Source: Guillardia theta CCMP2712
Taxonomy: Eukaryota > Protista > Cryptophyta
Length of the DNA stretch: 64,000 nucleotides
Direction of reading: 5' to 3'
Assembly: GCF_000315625.1 (NCBI RefSeq)
Contig: NW_005434587.1
Location: 124,001-188,000, forward strand
Shown: piece after piece, positions 37,701 to 50,428 of the stretch
How the letters are laid out: every line of letters begins with the position of its first letter
Numbering within the stretch: the stretch's first letter is position 1
Notes under the pieces: generated by a model
Seen by the model: only the letters and a program-made list of their open reading frames with translations
The model's database searches: none
What the model was told of the DNA's origin: nothing
Translations under genes and position numbers: made by a program

Positions 37701-39010
37701 TGCACCATGACGCTGTAGAGGTCATACCACAAGGGATTCCGAGCAGACTCGGAGGGCTCGCAGTTGCTGCTGGAGTGAAGGTTGCTGTCTCCCTCCATGC
37801 GCTGCGATTCGCCGTCTTGCTCGTCCGGAGGGTCTTCGGTGATGGACATGCGCCGCTTCCTCTTGGGGTTGCGGCAGAGGTAGGAGGAGGCGTCGAGCAT
37901 CTCGGGGAAGGTGACTCTGTCTGTGATCTTGATGCGTCTCATAGTCTCGTAGTCGAAGTCAAAGCGTTTGAGCTGGATGGTGAGGATGTACGGGAGGTCA
38001 GCGAGCTGAAGCCCCTTGTAAGCATCCACCATCATCTTTTCTGTCCGACCGTTAGCAGGATCAGGGTCAAGTTGGTACTGATTGTTTCCATCCAGAGTCT
38101 CAGGCTTGATGAAGTTAGCCAGACCTTCTTCAACGCTCTTGATGGGATGGGGATTTCCAAACTGCTTGATGTTCAGAGAGAGGTCCATGAATGGCTCTTC
38201 CTTGAGAGATTCAAACTTCACTTCAGCTCCGGGGATGTTTCTCACGTAGCTTTCCATGATTCCCTCGAACAAGTCCTTGATCAAGTGCTCCTTCGGTGTT
38301 CCCTTGAGCCTCTCCTCAAGCTCATCAAAAAGCACTCGGCACAACTCCTGGACGTCGTGCTGCTGAAAAGCATCTGCACCAGACCAACCAAAGGATCGAG
38401 TCAGCCCTTTCGTCTCCACCGAATGTTTCTCCGATAGCTGCATCTGAGCAAAGAGATATTGCAGCTGGAAACAGATGCTATCTTTCTGCTTCACCGGATC
38501 CTGCTCCACGGTAATCTGGTAAACCCCTTCACGGAACTCAGGCGTCATGAACAAACTTTGTAGCAGAGAGTTCATGTAGCACGTTGCTCCTTGATTTGAA
38601 AGTCCTACAAATTTACACTTGGGCCCTGTGCTGTAGCTGAACACAGGGCGGGTAGCAGACATGAACCCGTTTCTTTCTGCGGTACTGCTGTAACCCGTTG
38701 ATTCTCTCGCTGACGCAAAGTCCATTTCCTTCACGTATCGCACTTCTACAACCAGTCTACTAGTGTGATCATCAAGACTCAACAAGTCCTTGATCAACTT
38801 CCCGTTCTTCGCATAGTCCTCGATGTTCTGATCTGCTACGAATAAATCGAAATCTTCGGATGAGCATAATTTTTCGCTGGCTACTTGTTCATACAAGATA
38901 CTGGCTTTATCAAGAGTCCTCAAAGACTTCGACCATCTTGAAAGAAATGCAGACGGCAGAACATCTTTGAAGATGACATTGATGTCGACTGCAAAAGAAT
39001 GCAAAGTCAT
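34731..39010 (-). CDS. USP47: Ubiquitin-specific protease (peptidase C19), USP47-like
   Basis: Cys box GLSNQGATCYMNSLLQ, QQHDVQELCRVLFD, LTIQLKRFDFD, His box VMVHSGSAFGGHYYAY and WYKFND. Long C-terminal extension in further exons. Family is secure; orthology is less so. Confidence 0.88.
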
Positions 39011-39600
39011 CTCACTGAAACTTAAAAGAAAGTGCTACAGCTTCAAAATGAGCAGCAGCAAGAATCTCCAGAAGCACGGGTAAGAAGATTGCTACATGCA
39101 TTGCAGGCAGCTGGAGGATTGATCCTTGTTGCCCTCAGCACTTCGCTCTATCCTATCCTCAGGCACTTCTCGTCCCTCTAACCCCGTCCCAACTCTCCAC
39201 CTATTTTTCCCAGCTACAGCCCTTCCTCACTCTATGTAGCCATGATCTCCTTCTCCTCCTCTCCCTCGCCCTCCTCTCCTCTGATGGCCATGAGTTGTGT
39301 CTCCTCCTCTCCTCCTCTCCTCCTCTCCCCTCTTACCGTTCGCCTCGTTGTCCCCGCAGGCAACGAGCGCTAACTCTTGCATGACTTCACCGGCAGTTAT
39401 GCGTGTGTAACGACTAAAACCCCCATCCAAGGCCCCCGGCCCCCGGGCCCGGGTGCGGCCCGGCCCGTGCTGGCCCTTTTCTTTTACACAAAGGCCCAAG
39501 TGACTGTAATGCCCGGTAGCTGCGGGCCCGGTAGTATTCACTGACTCCCGTTACTACTGGCAAAGTTCTCCCATTGCGCTGCCTCTTCAGTTCTTCCCAG

Positions 39601-39715
39601 GGTTCTCGCTGTCTTTCTCTTCTCGCCGTTTGGCCAGTGTGACAGTTGTCAGGGTCAAGCCTGCTCGACTCTCCTTATAGTCCTCGTACTGATTTTTAAC
39701 TTAACTTTGAGTAAA
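39601..39715 (+). repeat. Dispersed non-coding repeat, copy 2
   Basis: Near-colinear match to 23722-23841; ends gatttttaacttaactttgagtaaa. Confidence 0.85.
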
Positions 39716-39766
39716 CCTTCTCTACTGATAGTTGGGCCTCCTAATCAAGGTGTGTTCGTCGGAGTT

Positions 39767-42700
39767 TTAATTATCAGACTCCAAGTGTATACAGAGCCTT
39801 TCCATGTCGCTTATGTGAATGTCTTCGCAGTCGCCATCCTCCCACTCGATCAAGACGATGTCGCTTCCTGGCACCCTTGTTGTCACCGTTCCTATCACCC
39901 CGTCATACTGTCTCTTCAGCTTCTGTCCCACAGCGATGTCCTCTGCCTGTCTCGTGCGAGCAGCATCCTCGACAATCTCTTCCACCTTGTTCTCCATCGC
40001 CTCCATTCCGTTCGCAGCCGCTGCTTCCTCCTCCAGAGACGCATCCTCGGCTCTTGCCTCTAGCTCCTTCTCAGCTTCCTCAAGGCTTGTCTTGGATAAG
40101 GTTTGAAGCACAATCACATCGGGGTTGGGGAGAACAACTACCATGCTCGCTCCCATCATGCAGTCTCCGATACCACCATTGTCTGCGCTACCATCGATCT
40201 GGATCATGTACTCTCCGCTGTCACCGTTGTATGCCATCACCACCCCCAGGTATCGCGCGTCCACGCAGTTCACCCCCACTGTCGACCCCAGCAGCTCCGG
40301 GCTCGCTCCCCGCATCAGTGCCACCTCCCCGTAGCTCCAATCCAGCGGCCGCCTGTTCCTGGGCTGCATGTCCTGGGCAAACATGTCGCCATGGTGCTCT
40401 AGGATGACGTCCAGCAACTGCGGCGAGCTGGAGCTGAGCAGATGTCAGTGTACGCTGCGTAGGGAGGGCCAGCGCTACCGGCTCTCCTGCTCCCCTGCTT
40501 CGTTCCGAGCCTCTTGCATCCTCTCGAAAACGAAGGGCTGCATAGGCAGGAGGAGCATGGCGCCGCGCTTGAAGCGAGAAGCTTTCTGGATCTCCGGGTA
40601 GTCCATCTGAGGAAGGTCGTTATACGGTCACAGGTGCGGGGAACGAGCTAAGCTCGAGCTCTACCTTGTTGACCAGCAGCAGCTTGTCAACGTCGACGCC
40701 GAAGCTCTTAGAGATCGATCTCGGGGTGTCTTCATCCGTGCACATCACCCGGCCGTTCTACAAGAGCATAAGGTGGCTCGTCAGGTCGGTTGGCTCACTC
40801 ACCGCATACTGCGAGTGACAGTCGGCGTCCACAAGGAACACGCGCGATGTCTCCATGTCGATCCACTGATCGAACCTCCTCGGCCAACTGAGAGCAGAAG
40901 CGTCACCATCATGGCGTTCCTTCGCATGTAGAAGCTTTCCGACCTGTTGAAGTGAACCAAGGCCCTTCCCTCCTCCGCGTTGTACTCCTCCACCTGAACC
41001 ATCTTGAGAAACTTGCCGCAAACATCAATGGGCAGCAAACCTCCGCATGGAAGAAAATTCCCTCGTGTCCTCCAGCCTTGTCCTCACAGAGGACATGGTT
41101 CCCAGCTCGGATGGGTAGCAGCTGTAGGGTTCGCATCCGATCACTAATGTGTATCAACGGCGCAAACTCTCACCTCAGCTGGACTCTGAAACTTGGGAGG
41201 GATCAGCTGGACATCGAACGATGGCAGAACTATCCAATCCTCTGTCCTGTGTGACAAAAAAATCATTTTCAGAGAGGAGGAAGAGAGGAGGAGGAGAAGG
41301 CAGGTAGAAAGTAAATTGAGAAGGGAGCAGACTGGAAGACTCACTCTTCCTTGCAGAAGAGAACGTGATAAGACGATTTGCCATCATAGTCGTCAATCAC
41401 GCATTCCCTCCAAATCTTCTCCTCTTCAAAGAATCGTCGGAGCCTGCAGAACTTCAATTTCATGGCTTCTAACATGTAGGATCTTCACCTCTGACCGAGC
41501 CAGTGCTCTCCGTGCTCGAAGACTTTTACCCCAAGATGATCCAGCACCCCAATCTGAGAGAAGTAGCAGCGTTGGAACTCTCCAAGCAACTGAAAGCCAA
41601 TGATCATTGCCAAGTTTCACATCGAAGCGACGGTGTCATATGACAAGCAAATTGGTTCTTTGATCTCCAAAATGAATAAAATGTTTCACACTCGGAACTT
41701 ACTTCAGTGGCTTGCTTAGCAATCGCGCTAGCTTCTCCATAGAACAAACAGAAATATCTCAGTACTCGTATGAAATCTTCGCGAATCTGCAGAATCTTTG
41801 ACATCAAACAAGCCATGGCCCCCATGAAAGACGGTATGAAGATGCTTCACCTGTGATGGATTCTTGTAGGCTCGCCTCGTTGAGTTGAGAGTCTGGTCGA
41901 TCTTCTTGTTGATCGTAGTGATGTCTGTCAGACTTTTCGACCGAGCCAACTCCACAGACATGCCGAAGCTGTTGGAAACGAACGTGAGAATAGTGACAAT
42001 GGAAACATCTGAGAGCAAAGGAGGCACAAACAATGGAGAATAGTCAACATTGAACAACAATCTTGTCATAATAGTGATGTGTGCAATAACGGAAATATTT
42101 GCCTCCAAATCATGGCGAATTCTATGCAAAGTGAGGATCATGAAGCTTGTAACACATGACAACAGAGCATAGTCAGACACAAGACATCACGGGCGATTGC
42201 ATCAAGCAAAAAATTGAAGGATTGAAAACTAGTCAGGGGGTCAACTTCTAGCAGCGATAATCACCTTCCAATCAAGGAGCGGAGAAGTTTTTGATCAGGA
42301 TAGAGAAAAGGAGCAGCACACTTCCAAAAACAGTCAGACTGGCAAGATCGACCAGGTTCAAGACTGTTTCATCTTACTTCCTTCTGCATCAGATCCTTAA
42401 GAATCAGCTGGCATGTCCTGATGCCTTGTAATCTATCCAGTTGAATAATCTCCTTGTCTTGCTCAGACTTGATCTTCGACAGCTCCTGATCTCTCGTTTT
42501 CGCCTTCTTCACGGTCTTTTCTTCCCCCGTGCTCTTGCTTGGCTGCAACGTTTCATTTTCTGACCCGCCTCCCTTCCTCTTCTTAGCATTCTTCAGTATC
42601 TTCACATGGATGGGCTGCAAACCAAAATGAGAAAGTGAATGAGACAAGAAATCGAAACGTGCAGAGGAAGATACAGCAGTGAGTGAAGAGTTGAAGTCTC

Positions 42701-45700
42701 AGTTGAGAAGAGGAGGAGAGAGATGAAAGAACGAGGAGGGAGAATACTCGACGAGCAGGATGATGAGGAGCAACAGCAGCAGGCGCAAGAGCGTTAAGCT
42801 CGAGTTCTCACCAACACTCCGTGCTCAAAGTCACCATCATCGTAGTCCACGTCAACTTTCCCGTCATTCGCGATCTTCACGATGGTCCCCTGGTACCAGC
42901 CCTGCAGCCCACGGCGAGCTTTCCACTTGGCCCGCACTCGCATGCCAACCTCAAGCCGAGGAGCGTTGCTCGTTCGGATCTCCTGCGACATGTTTGGGTC
43001 AAATACGTCCATTCCTCGCCTCTCGCACCTGCTCTACAAGCTTGCGAGCTACTTCAGTCGAAGAGTCGACCGTGTCAAGCTGCTCCTGTGCCATGCTGTA
43101 GTAGTCGAAGAGCTCCAGCAGCGCCTGTCCTGCTCGCACCTCCTGCCTCGAGAAATCATCCAGCGACACTTTCACCTCCTGCTTCTTCCCCTTCCGCTTC
43201 TCCTTCTTCTTGTCCTTCTTCCTCACCCTATCGCCTCTGCTCGGCTTGTTACCCTTGAGGAGAAACTTCACGTAGTTCTCATATCCTGACAGCGACTTGA
43301 TCATCTCAGCAACTTTCAAGTGCTTCAGCCCGAACATGGTGAAGCCACACAGCCGATCGTTCAGTCCCAGATCAAACTTCTTGTTCAACTCCACCACCAG
43401 CTGCCGCCAAGGATCATCCGGGTTGCTTCCAGAGAACGAAACCATCTTGTCATTCATCTTGTAGAGCTGGAACCTTGGGCCCTCACGGATAACACAACAA
43501 TATTCCGTCTGCTCGTTAGAATCCGCCACGTCATAGTAGAGACGATGGGCTTCGTAGCCCACCGGGGTCACTATGTTCCCCTGGTAATACCCGGCAGGGT
43601 TCAATGGCAGCTGCCCCAACGCGATCACCTTGAGATTGGAGTAGCAAAGAGGAAGCTGGAGTTCGCCTTCGAGAGTTTCCTTGACCCTCTCCTTGCTCCC
43701 CTCGTCTCTGCCCTCCTCCCTCTCACTCTCCGAGCTGTACTCGCTGCTCACACACGAAGTCGCCTCCTCCTTCGTATTTTCGTCGGGCTCTTTGTGGGAC
43801 CCGCCGGCACGGGAGGAAGCATGTCCCCTCCCTTGCACTGACGATCGCAACTTGGGTCGAGGTCCTTTATGCTGCTGTGTCAGGAATTGTTCCTCCATCT
43901 TTCGCGACTCTACAATCAGTTCCTCCGCCGCTGCCACGTCGTCTGTTGCTGCACACAGCGCTGCTCGAGCAGTTTCTTCATCACAACCCACTCTCTTCAT
44001 GAGATCTAGGACCAAACCCTCTCCCCTCCCCTCCCCTCCTGCTCCTGCTCCTGCTCCCTCGTTGCATGCAGCTGCTGTGCTCCTATCAAGAATCTCTCCG
44101 TCCTCCTGTGTAGTCTCATCAGGATCTTCGACCTTCCGGCTCTTCTCCTCTACATGTCCGAGAAAATCCTTAGGGACCACACTTGCAATATCAGACACAT
44201 CCGAAGAATTTGAAGGCTGTTCTGATTTCCCGACACTCCTTTGACTCGCTCTTTCAGTGTCTCTGACATGATTCTGGACCCCATTGCAAGCATCTTCGTT
44301 CCCCGGCACAAGACTTGGAGAAGTCTCATTACTTGTGTTGCCAGTCTGTCCCTTTGCCATCTGTCTCGGATCTCTGACTTCTTGTCTTGGGTCCTTCACT
44401 CGCCCCCTTGAAACCTGAAGATGCCTTCTCCCCTGACCATCGCCGTTTATTTCTCCCTTCTCAGGCTGAGAAACTCCTTGCTGAGCTTCAACACGCTTCT
44501 CCTCACTTGCTGTCCTGCCGTTAGCACCCTGAGTGTTCGATGGCGCATGGTCCACAGGGTCCCGATGAGGAGTGGTAGAGTTGGACGACTGCTGGGGTTC
44601 TGCCGCATTTACCTCTCGTTGCGATTCCTCCGATACCTTCTCCCTTTCACTCTTCAACTTAGCTCGCTCAACAATCAGTTGCTCCTTCATCCTCTGCAAC
44701 TCTGCTCGCAGTTTCATCTCCTCGATGTCTCTTCTTCTCATCTCCTCTTCCCGCTCCATCCTCAACCGTTGTTCGGCCTCATCCTGCATCATATAGATCA
44801 CTCGCTGCATGAACATCGGGCCATCGTGCCTTCTCTTTCTTCGCTCGCTCTTCCTCTTGCTTCCTTTTCATCCTCTGCTGTATGATCTGCGCAATCGTTC
44901 CTCCTGCGTTGCTCTTCGAAGCGAGTGTTGAGGTTGAAGATCGAGAAGTTGATTCGCCCTCATCCCCTGTTACAGAATCAGGTAAGGAATCAAGTGAGAG
45001 CGAGCGAGAGATTGTTTGAAATGGGAGGGAGGGAGAAGGAGGTACGATATACCTCCCCTTGTCTTTGTGATTTCTTCGTGGTTATGATGAGCTTTCACGT
45101 GCTGCTCTACAATCTTGTAGTACCCATATCCTCTAGGCCCATTCTTGAGCACGTAATTTTCAGACTCCATTCGCTTGTTGGCATTGAAAGGATAGAAATC
45201 CTTCTCATCGGAAGGCTGGGAAGCATTCACTGGTTCCTTCGGTTCTTTCTTCACCACGATGACATCATCCCTTGGCTTTCTTGTAGCACCTGTACGAGAT
45301 TTAGAGTCATGGCACAGAAGCAAGCTGTGAAACCTGTCTCCCTGGAATTACCGTGATCTTTCGACCTTTCTTTCTCTGGGGAGTGAACTGGGAAACATGT
45401 AAGAAACAACCAGATTCTTGTCTTAATCCGATCAGACCTTCCTTCATGTGATCTTCAAGAGCACTCTTCGCCTCTTGTCCATTCTCGTAATGATGATAAA
45501 TCCTATCCGGGTAGAAAGTCTTGATCGCACCCGTAACAAAGAAGACCGAGGGGCACCGGCTACACTGGAACACCCGGCAAGTTACGATATTATTCCTTAT
45601 TTGCTTATCTTCTACACTCCTTGTTGGCAACTGGTTGTTGTCTGAGGTACAAGAATAGTCAGCAACAACACAACAGGCATGACTGAATCATCATCACATG

Positions 45701-46931
45701 TTCTATTCCGATTCACTTGGTCCACTGGAGGGGCGACTTGTGCAGACGGTGGCATCCAGCGAGCGGCTGGCTCGGTATGGATAGCAGGAGGGTTCACAGT
45801 CTGTTGCCTGGCTGGAAGACTTTGAGGAGGTCTCTGTAGTGGCGAGTTGCTAGCTTCATGATCGGCTCTCGTCGCATTCAAACTCTCCGCAGGAGGTTTG
45901 ATGTCAAGATGGTGCTGCTTATCCTCTACGATCTGCGAGATCAGCCGCTCCATGTCTTCAGCCGTCTTGTCGCACTGCTGGGCAGCCCGGCAGTTTTGCA
46001 ACAAGTCTGCAAGCCATTCAGGATCTGGAGGATCGTTTCGCAGGATCTTGTCGAATGTCTCTACGGTATTTCTCCACTGCTGCAGCTCTTGTACCCACGC
46101 GACTCTGAGCTCCGCCGCCCGACTCTCGTGCTTCGACTTGAGTTCTGCCATCTGCTGCTTGTGCTGCTCATGCATGACCAGCATCTCATACTGGTTCTTT
46201 GCCATCCTGAGCTGCGTCTCCTGCCATTGCCTGAGCCGGTTTTGCTCCTCCAAGTTGTTGTCTTCAAAGATTTGAAGCTTCTTCTCCAAAACGCACTTCT
46301 TGATATGGTGAGCAAACATGATGCTCTCATCGATATCTTTGGGATTCAAGGCAGGAGCAGGAAGGGCGTTCGGCTGCTGATGAGAGGCTGTGAAGCTCGA
46401 CGCATTGTCTTGATTCGCCAGACCGGAATGTGAAGCTGGGGGGTCCCGCCTTGACTGACTCGGCTCTTGTTCAACAGCCAAGTTGCATCTCTTGATAAGC
46501 TCTTGGGCCACGTCAACAGTGAGAGCTTGCCTCTCAAGCCAGATGCGAGGAAGACGCTGTATCTTCCGACAGATCTCTGCTTCTCCCTTTCTCTTTGCAC
46601 AATGAATAGCCATCGGCATTACTTCACACAGGACTGGCCCGAAGTCCTCTACCCACCTGTACCCGCTGCTCGGACAGAACAGGATGTCATTGACAACATG
46701 CAGAAGTGCAAGATCTCGTTCAACTCGGCCTTCGTTGAGGTACTTCATGAACTGCTCTCCCCACAAGTACACACAGCGCTTTGTGTTGTCCCCTCTCTGC
46801 AGCATCGCACTGGAGCAGTCCAAGATAGCATCTCGGGTATCGATGACGTGTTGTAGACGAAGAATCAGACCTTGGTCAGACCAAGGCAAAGGATTCTGAT
46901 TGCTCATCGGCGAGTTACCCTGAAGAATCAC
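39767..46931 (-). CDS. Large multidomain chromatin/transcription protein: CID, Zn-finger-like, UBA-like, FYRN/FYRC, Tudor, bromodomain-like, Tudor, chromo-barrel, LysM-like, Tudor-like
   Basis: CID LALLHVVNDIL..IQRLPRIWLER. UBA-like VGCDEETARAALCAATDDVAAA. FYR VIALGQL..PVGYEAHRLY..SNPDDPW..GFTMFGL. Tudor VGMRVRAKW..WYQGTI..VDYDDGDFE. Bromo-like CAAPFLYP..DITTINKKI..YKNPSQIREDF. Chromo-barrel ALVHFNRWPRRFDQWI. LysM-like EDTPRSISKSFGVDVDKLLLVN. Plausible in-frame introns join all parts, but it could be more than one gene. Confidence 0.65.
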
Positions 46932-47694
46932 AAGAAATGAAGGATCTGTACAACCGTAGGATCACGCCAACGGCGTCACATCGCATCCTTTGTTGTTCAA
47001 CGTGTCAGGCAGATTGTGGAAGGAAAGCGTTCAAGTCAAGCATGGCCTGCTTCTGCCCAGGTGGAACATGGAGGCTCCTCATGCTCTAGACGGCTGGACA
47101 CGGAGGTCGCCTCCTCTTCTTCAGATCGCCGCACATGAATGTCGAGGCCCCGTCAACCTATCTGCATCACCCAACTCCACTCAGTCTATTCATCAAAATG
47201 CCCTCCATTTCTCTGAAGAGCTTCCCTTCCTTGCCTCTCCCTCCCTCTCCTCCGTGTGCTCTCACTACCTTCATTTTCAGGTATGAGAGGAGATGGGGTG
47301 AGGGAGCAGCAGAGTAAGGAGAACCATCTACCTTACACTATTGTGATCCCCGTCACGCCTATCCCACCTCCGCCCCCCTTCCCCCGCTCCTCTCTTTTTC
47401 TCCCCTCCCCTCCCCCCCCCCCCCTCGCACCTGCGGCGAATCATTCGGCATAGCAGCTAGACGACATCGCTGCCCCCAGTATTCGCTTCCTTCCACTACC
47501 GGTGTCAGAACCACCTTTTGCTGCCTCCAACCAAATTGCCAGGCTTTTACTGATGAGTCGGACTCGGTCCCTCGGAGTGGCAGTGGCCGGGGCCTGCTGG
47601 CAGGCTGGCCCTGAGCCGCCGGGCCGGCCGGGCCGCCGCCGCCAATTGGACTCCGATCGCAATCGGGAGTCCCAAGAAATTGGCAGCAGGATCC

Positions 47695-47720
47695 TTTACT
47701 CAAAGTTAAGTTAAAGAATC
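47695..47720 (-). repeat. Dispersed repeat, partial copy 3 (terminal segment, inverted)
   Basis: Reverse complement gattctttaacttaactttgagtaaa matches the end of copy 2. Confidence 0.7.
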
Positions 47721-47930
47721 CATGTGAAAAGCCGTTCGTTTCCGCCGTGGAGATCTTACGAACGTCAGCTTTTCCGAAGCCTCGGAGTCGCCGGGGCCAC
47801 ACAAGCTTTAAATTGTGAAAACATTTGTTTTCGCTATCATTTTACGAACCTGTCACTGTCTGCCTGTCTGCCTGCATGATATATCTTGTTTGTCCAATGC
47901 TCGAGTCAGTCTAGAGCTGTACAGGTTCCA

Positions 47931-48574
47931 ATGCAGCAAGAAGAGGAGGTAGAAGAGGACGTTCAGGTACTTCAGGTCACCAATGCCGTCGCAATCTTCC
48001 CCCGTAACAAGAAAACCGGCCCAAGACAGTCTCCGGTCTTTCTCACCCGTCACGACCTCGTCAAGCTCTTCCCCTTCAAGCTCGAAGAAGCCGCCGAAAG
48101 CCTGGTACTCCCATACTCTCACCTCCCGTGCACGGGCTTGGCTGACAGAGGACGCTCCTACAGGGCTTGTCGCTGACGGCCTTGAGGAACGCATGTCGAA
48201 AGCTTGGCATCTACCGATGGCCGTATGCCAGAGCAGGAGGGGCCTCGATCACAGGCTCGCGGGAGCATCAAACGACCAGTAGCGCAGAGCACGCTGACTT
48301 CTCCGACGACATCATGCAAGCGGAGGCGTCAGCGTCAGGCGGTGGGAGCAGCCACGAGGGCGTCGTGACGAGTCATCAGGACGAGACGGCGTCAAGTCAG
48401 GAGGATCAAGTCGGAGCCGATCCGCATGAGGCGAGCGAAGGAGATGTACGATCGATGGAAGAAGGGAAGGAGCGGAGGTTCATAGAGTGGTACGCGAACC
48501 AAAAGGACGAGGACGAAGAGAGCGTATTCTACGAGCCTGAGAGGAAAACGTCTAGACTGATCGAGAAGATATAA
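47931..48574 (+). CDS. RWP-RK domain transcription factor, copy A
   Basis: LTRHDLVKLFPFKLEEAAESL|GLSLTALRNACRKLGIYRWPY; intron 48105-48163. Confidence 0.9.
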
Positions 48575-49730
48575 ATCGTGAGACATTTTTTTCGTGTTGT
48601 CACCCGTTAATTCCCTACATCATTGAGTAGGTGTTTGTTGCGATGATGAGGACTACAGTCTATCAATCAGAACATACTCGTGGTTTTGCTCGGCAGAGCC
48701 TCCTCGGGCCCTGATGACTGGACTTGAGTTCACGACAATAAACGGAAACTTTGCTGATATGTGTACATCAGACTTACATCAAAAGAGGAGGGGTGAAGGG
48801 AGCATGCGAAATTATCGATCGATATCCTGTTGTCAAAATGATTCTGTTTGAGCCCAAACATACCAGTGCAAATGCGATGTTTTGACGATGCATTTGGGTA
48901 TCGGATCAAAAGAGCATTTTATTAATCATCTTCATGAAATAGGAAGAGAGTGACAAGTTACAAAATCTGCAGAATGAAAACTATTCCGAGCGAGAGCAGT
49001 CTCGGAAAGAGGAGGCTGAGATAACAAGATTGACGTTTTCCCATCTTCCTCTCCTCAGAGCTGTTAAGAGACCAAGAGACTAAAATGGAGGATTCCGTTC
49101 AAAAGGCGGGTAGGTATGAAACAGATGATGAGATATTCGAGATCGCATCATATTGAGTCCAACGAGTCTCCCTCTCAGGCTCGTAGAATACGCTCTCTTC
49201 GTCCTCGTCCTTTTGGTTCGCGTACCACTCTATGAACCTCCGCTCCTTCCCTTCTTCCATCGATCGTACATCTCCTTCGCTCGCCTCATGCGGATCGGCT
49301 CCGACTTGATCCTCCTGACTTGACGCCGTCTCGTCCTGATGACTCGTCACGACGCCCTCGTGGCTGCTCCCACCGCCTGACGCTGACGCCTCCGCTTGCA
49401 TGATGTCGTCGGAGAAGTCAGCGTGCTCTGCGCTACTGGTCGTTTGATGCTCCCGCGAGCCTGTGATCGAGGCCCCTCCTGCTCTGGCATACGGCCATCG
49501 GTAGATGCCAAGCTTTCGACATGCGTTCCTCAAGGCCGTCAGCGACAAGCCCTGTAGGAGCGTCCTCTGTCAGCCAAGCCCGTGCACGGGAGGTGAGAGT
49601 ATGGGAGTACCAGGCTTTCGGCGGCTTCTTCGAGCTTGAAGGGGAAGAGCTTGACGAGGTCGTGACGGGTGAGAAAGACCGGAGACTGTCTTGGGCCGGT
49701 TTTCTTGTTACGGGGGAAGATTGCGACGGC
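47985..49730. repeat. 560-bp inverted repeat (arms 47985-48544 and 49171-49730, 626-bp spacer)
   Basis: The arms read as exact reverse complements by eye, including the intron, with sharp boundaries. Confidence 0.93.
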
Positions 49731-49745
49731 TTGAGGGGTCTGCAT
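49099..49745 (-). CDS. RWP-RK domain transcription factor, copy B
   Basis: Same core and intron as copy A on the opposite strand. It has a different N-terminus (MQTPQ) and C-terminus (ETRWTQYDAISNISSSVSYLPAF). Confidence 0.9.
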
Positions 49746-50428
49746 TGCTGCGCGTGTTGCTGTCACTGCAGGGTGAGTTAAGACGTCTTAAGAGAGACCG
49801 AAGATCCGTGCGGCTGTGACAGGAGGTGATGGGGTGCGAGAGTCACGTTACTTGACTGGCTAAACATTTGCAGTCACGTTACTTGATCAGAAGTCACGGT
49901 ACTCGTAACTCGAAGGCACCGTATCTCCCATCAAGAAGTTTTAACCCAATAATGCCTTGAAACTCGCGTGGTCACAGTAGAGGTTTTCGCTGCCTCTTTC
50001 TTCGTATATAAACAATTAGAGTCTCTTGTTGAGGCGGACTTGGGTTGGTTTGCCCTTTACTAAAGGAAAAATCATTCAAGGTGTCATTCGTCGGCAAGAA
50101 CTTCTACAGTGCCGTCTTGGCGGATTTGAGGCTTCATCTTGATTTCACTGACCCCCTCCTTGGACAGGCTGCGAAGACGATCAGAAGGACATTGCAAACA
50201 CAACCAAAGCAGAAGCAGAGACATCACCGATTGTCCACGCTCTCACCCCTCTCCCTGAGAAAGTCTTCAACATTCACGCTCCTTCTCCCTACTCATTCCA
50301 GTCAGGTGTGTGCAGCAATTCGGCATTTGGTGAAACCCGTTGAGTCATAGAAGTAGCCGAGATTATCCGCCAGCAAATGCTGAACCTAGTTTTGAATTAC
50401 AACGTAGTTTGACAATGTCGGATTTGAC

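Noticed and set aside
36221-38437. Plus-strand ORFs of ~250 aa
   Set aside because: They are antisense shadows of the USP exon.
39601-39660. Dispersed repeat as U2 snRNA (cttctcgccgtttggc resembles the U2 5' end)
   Set aside because: The branch-point pairing sequence GTAGTA and the rest of the U2 core are absent; the match is too short.
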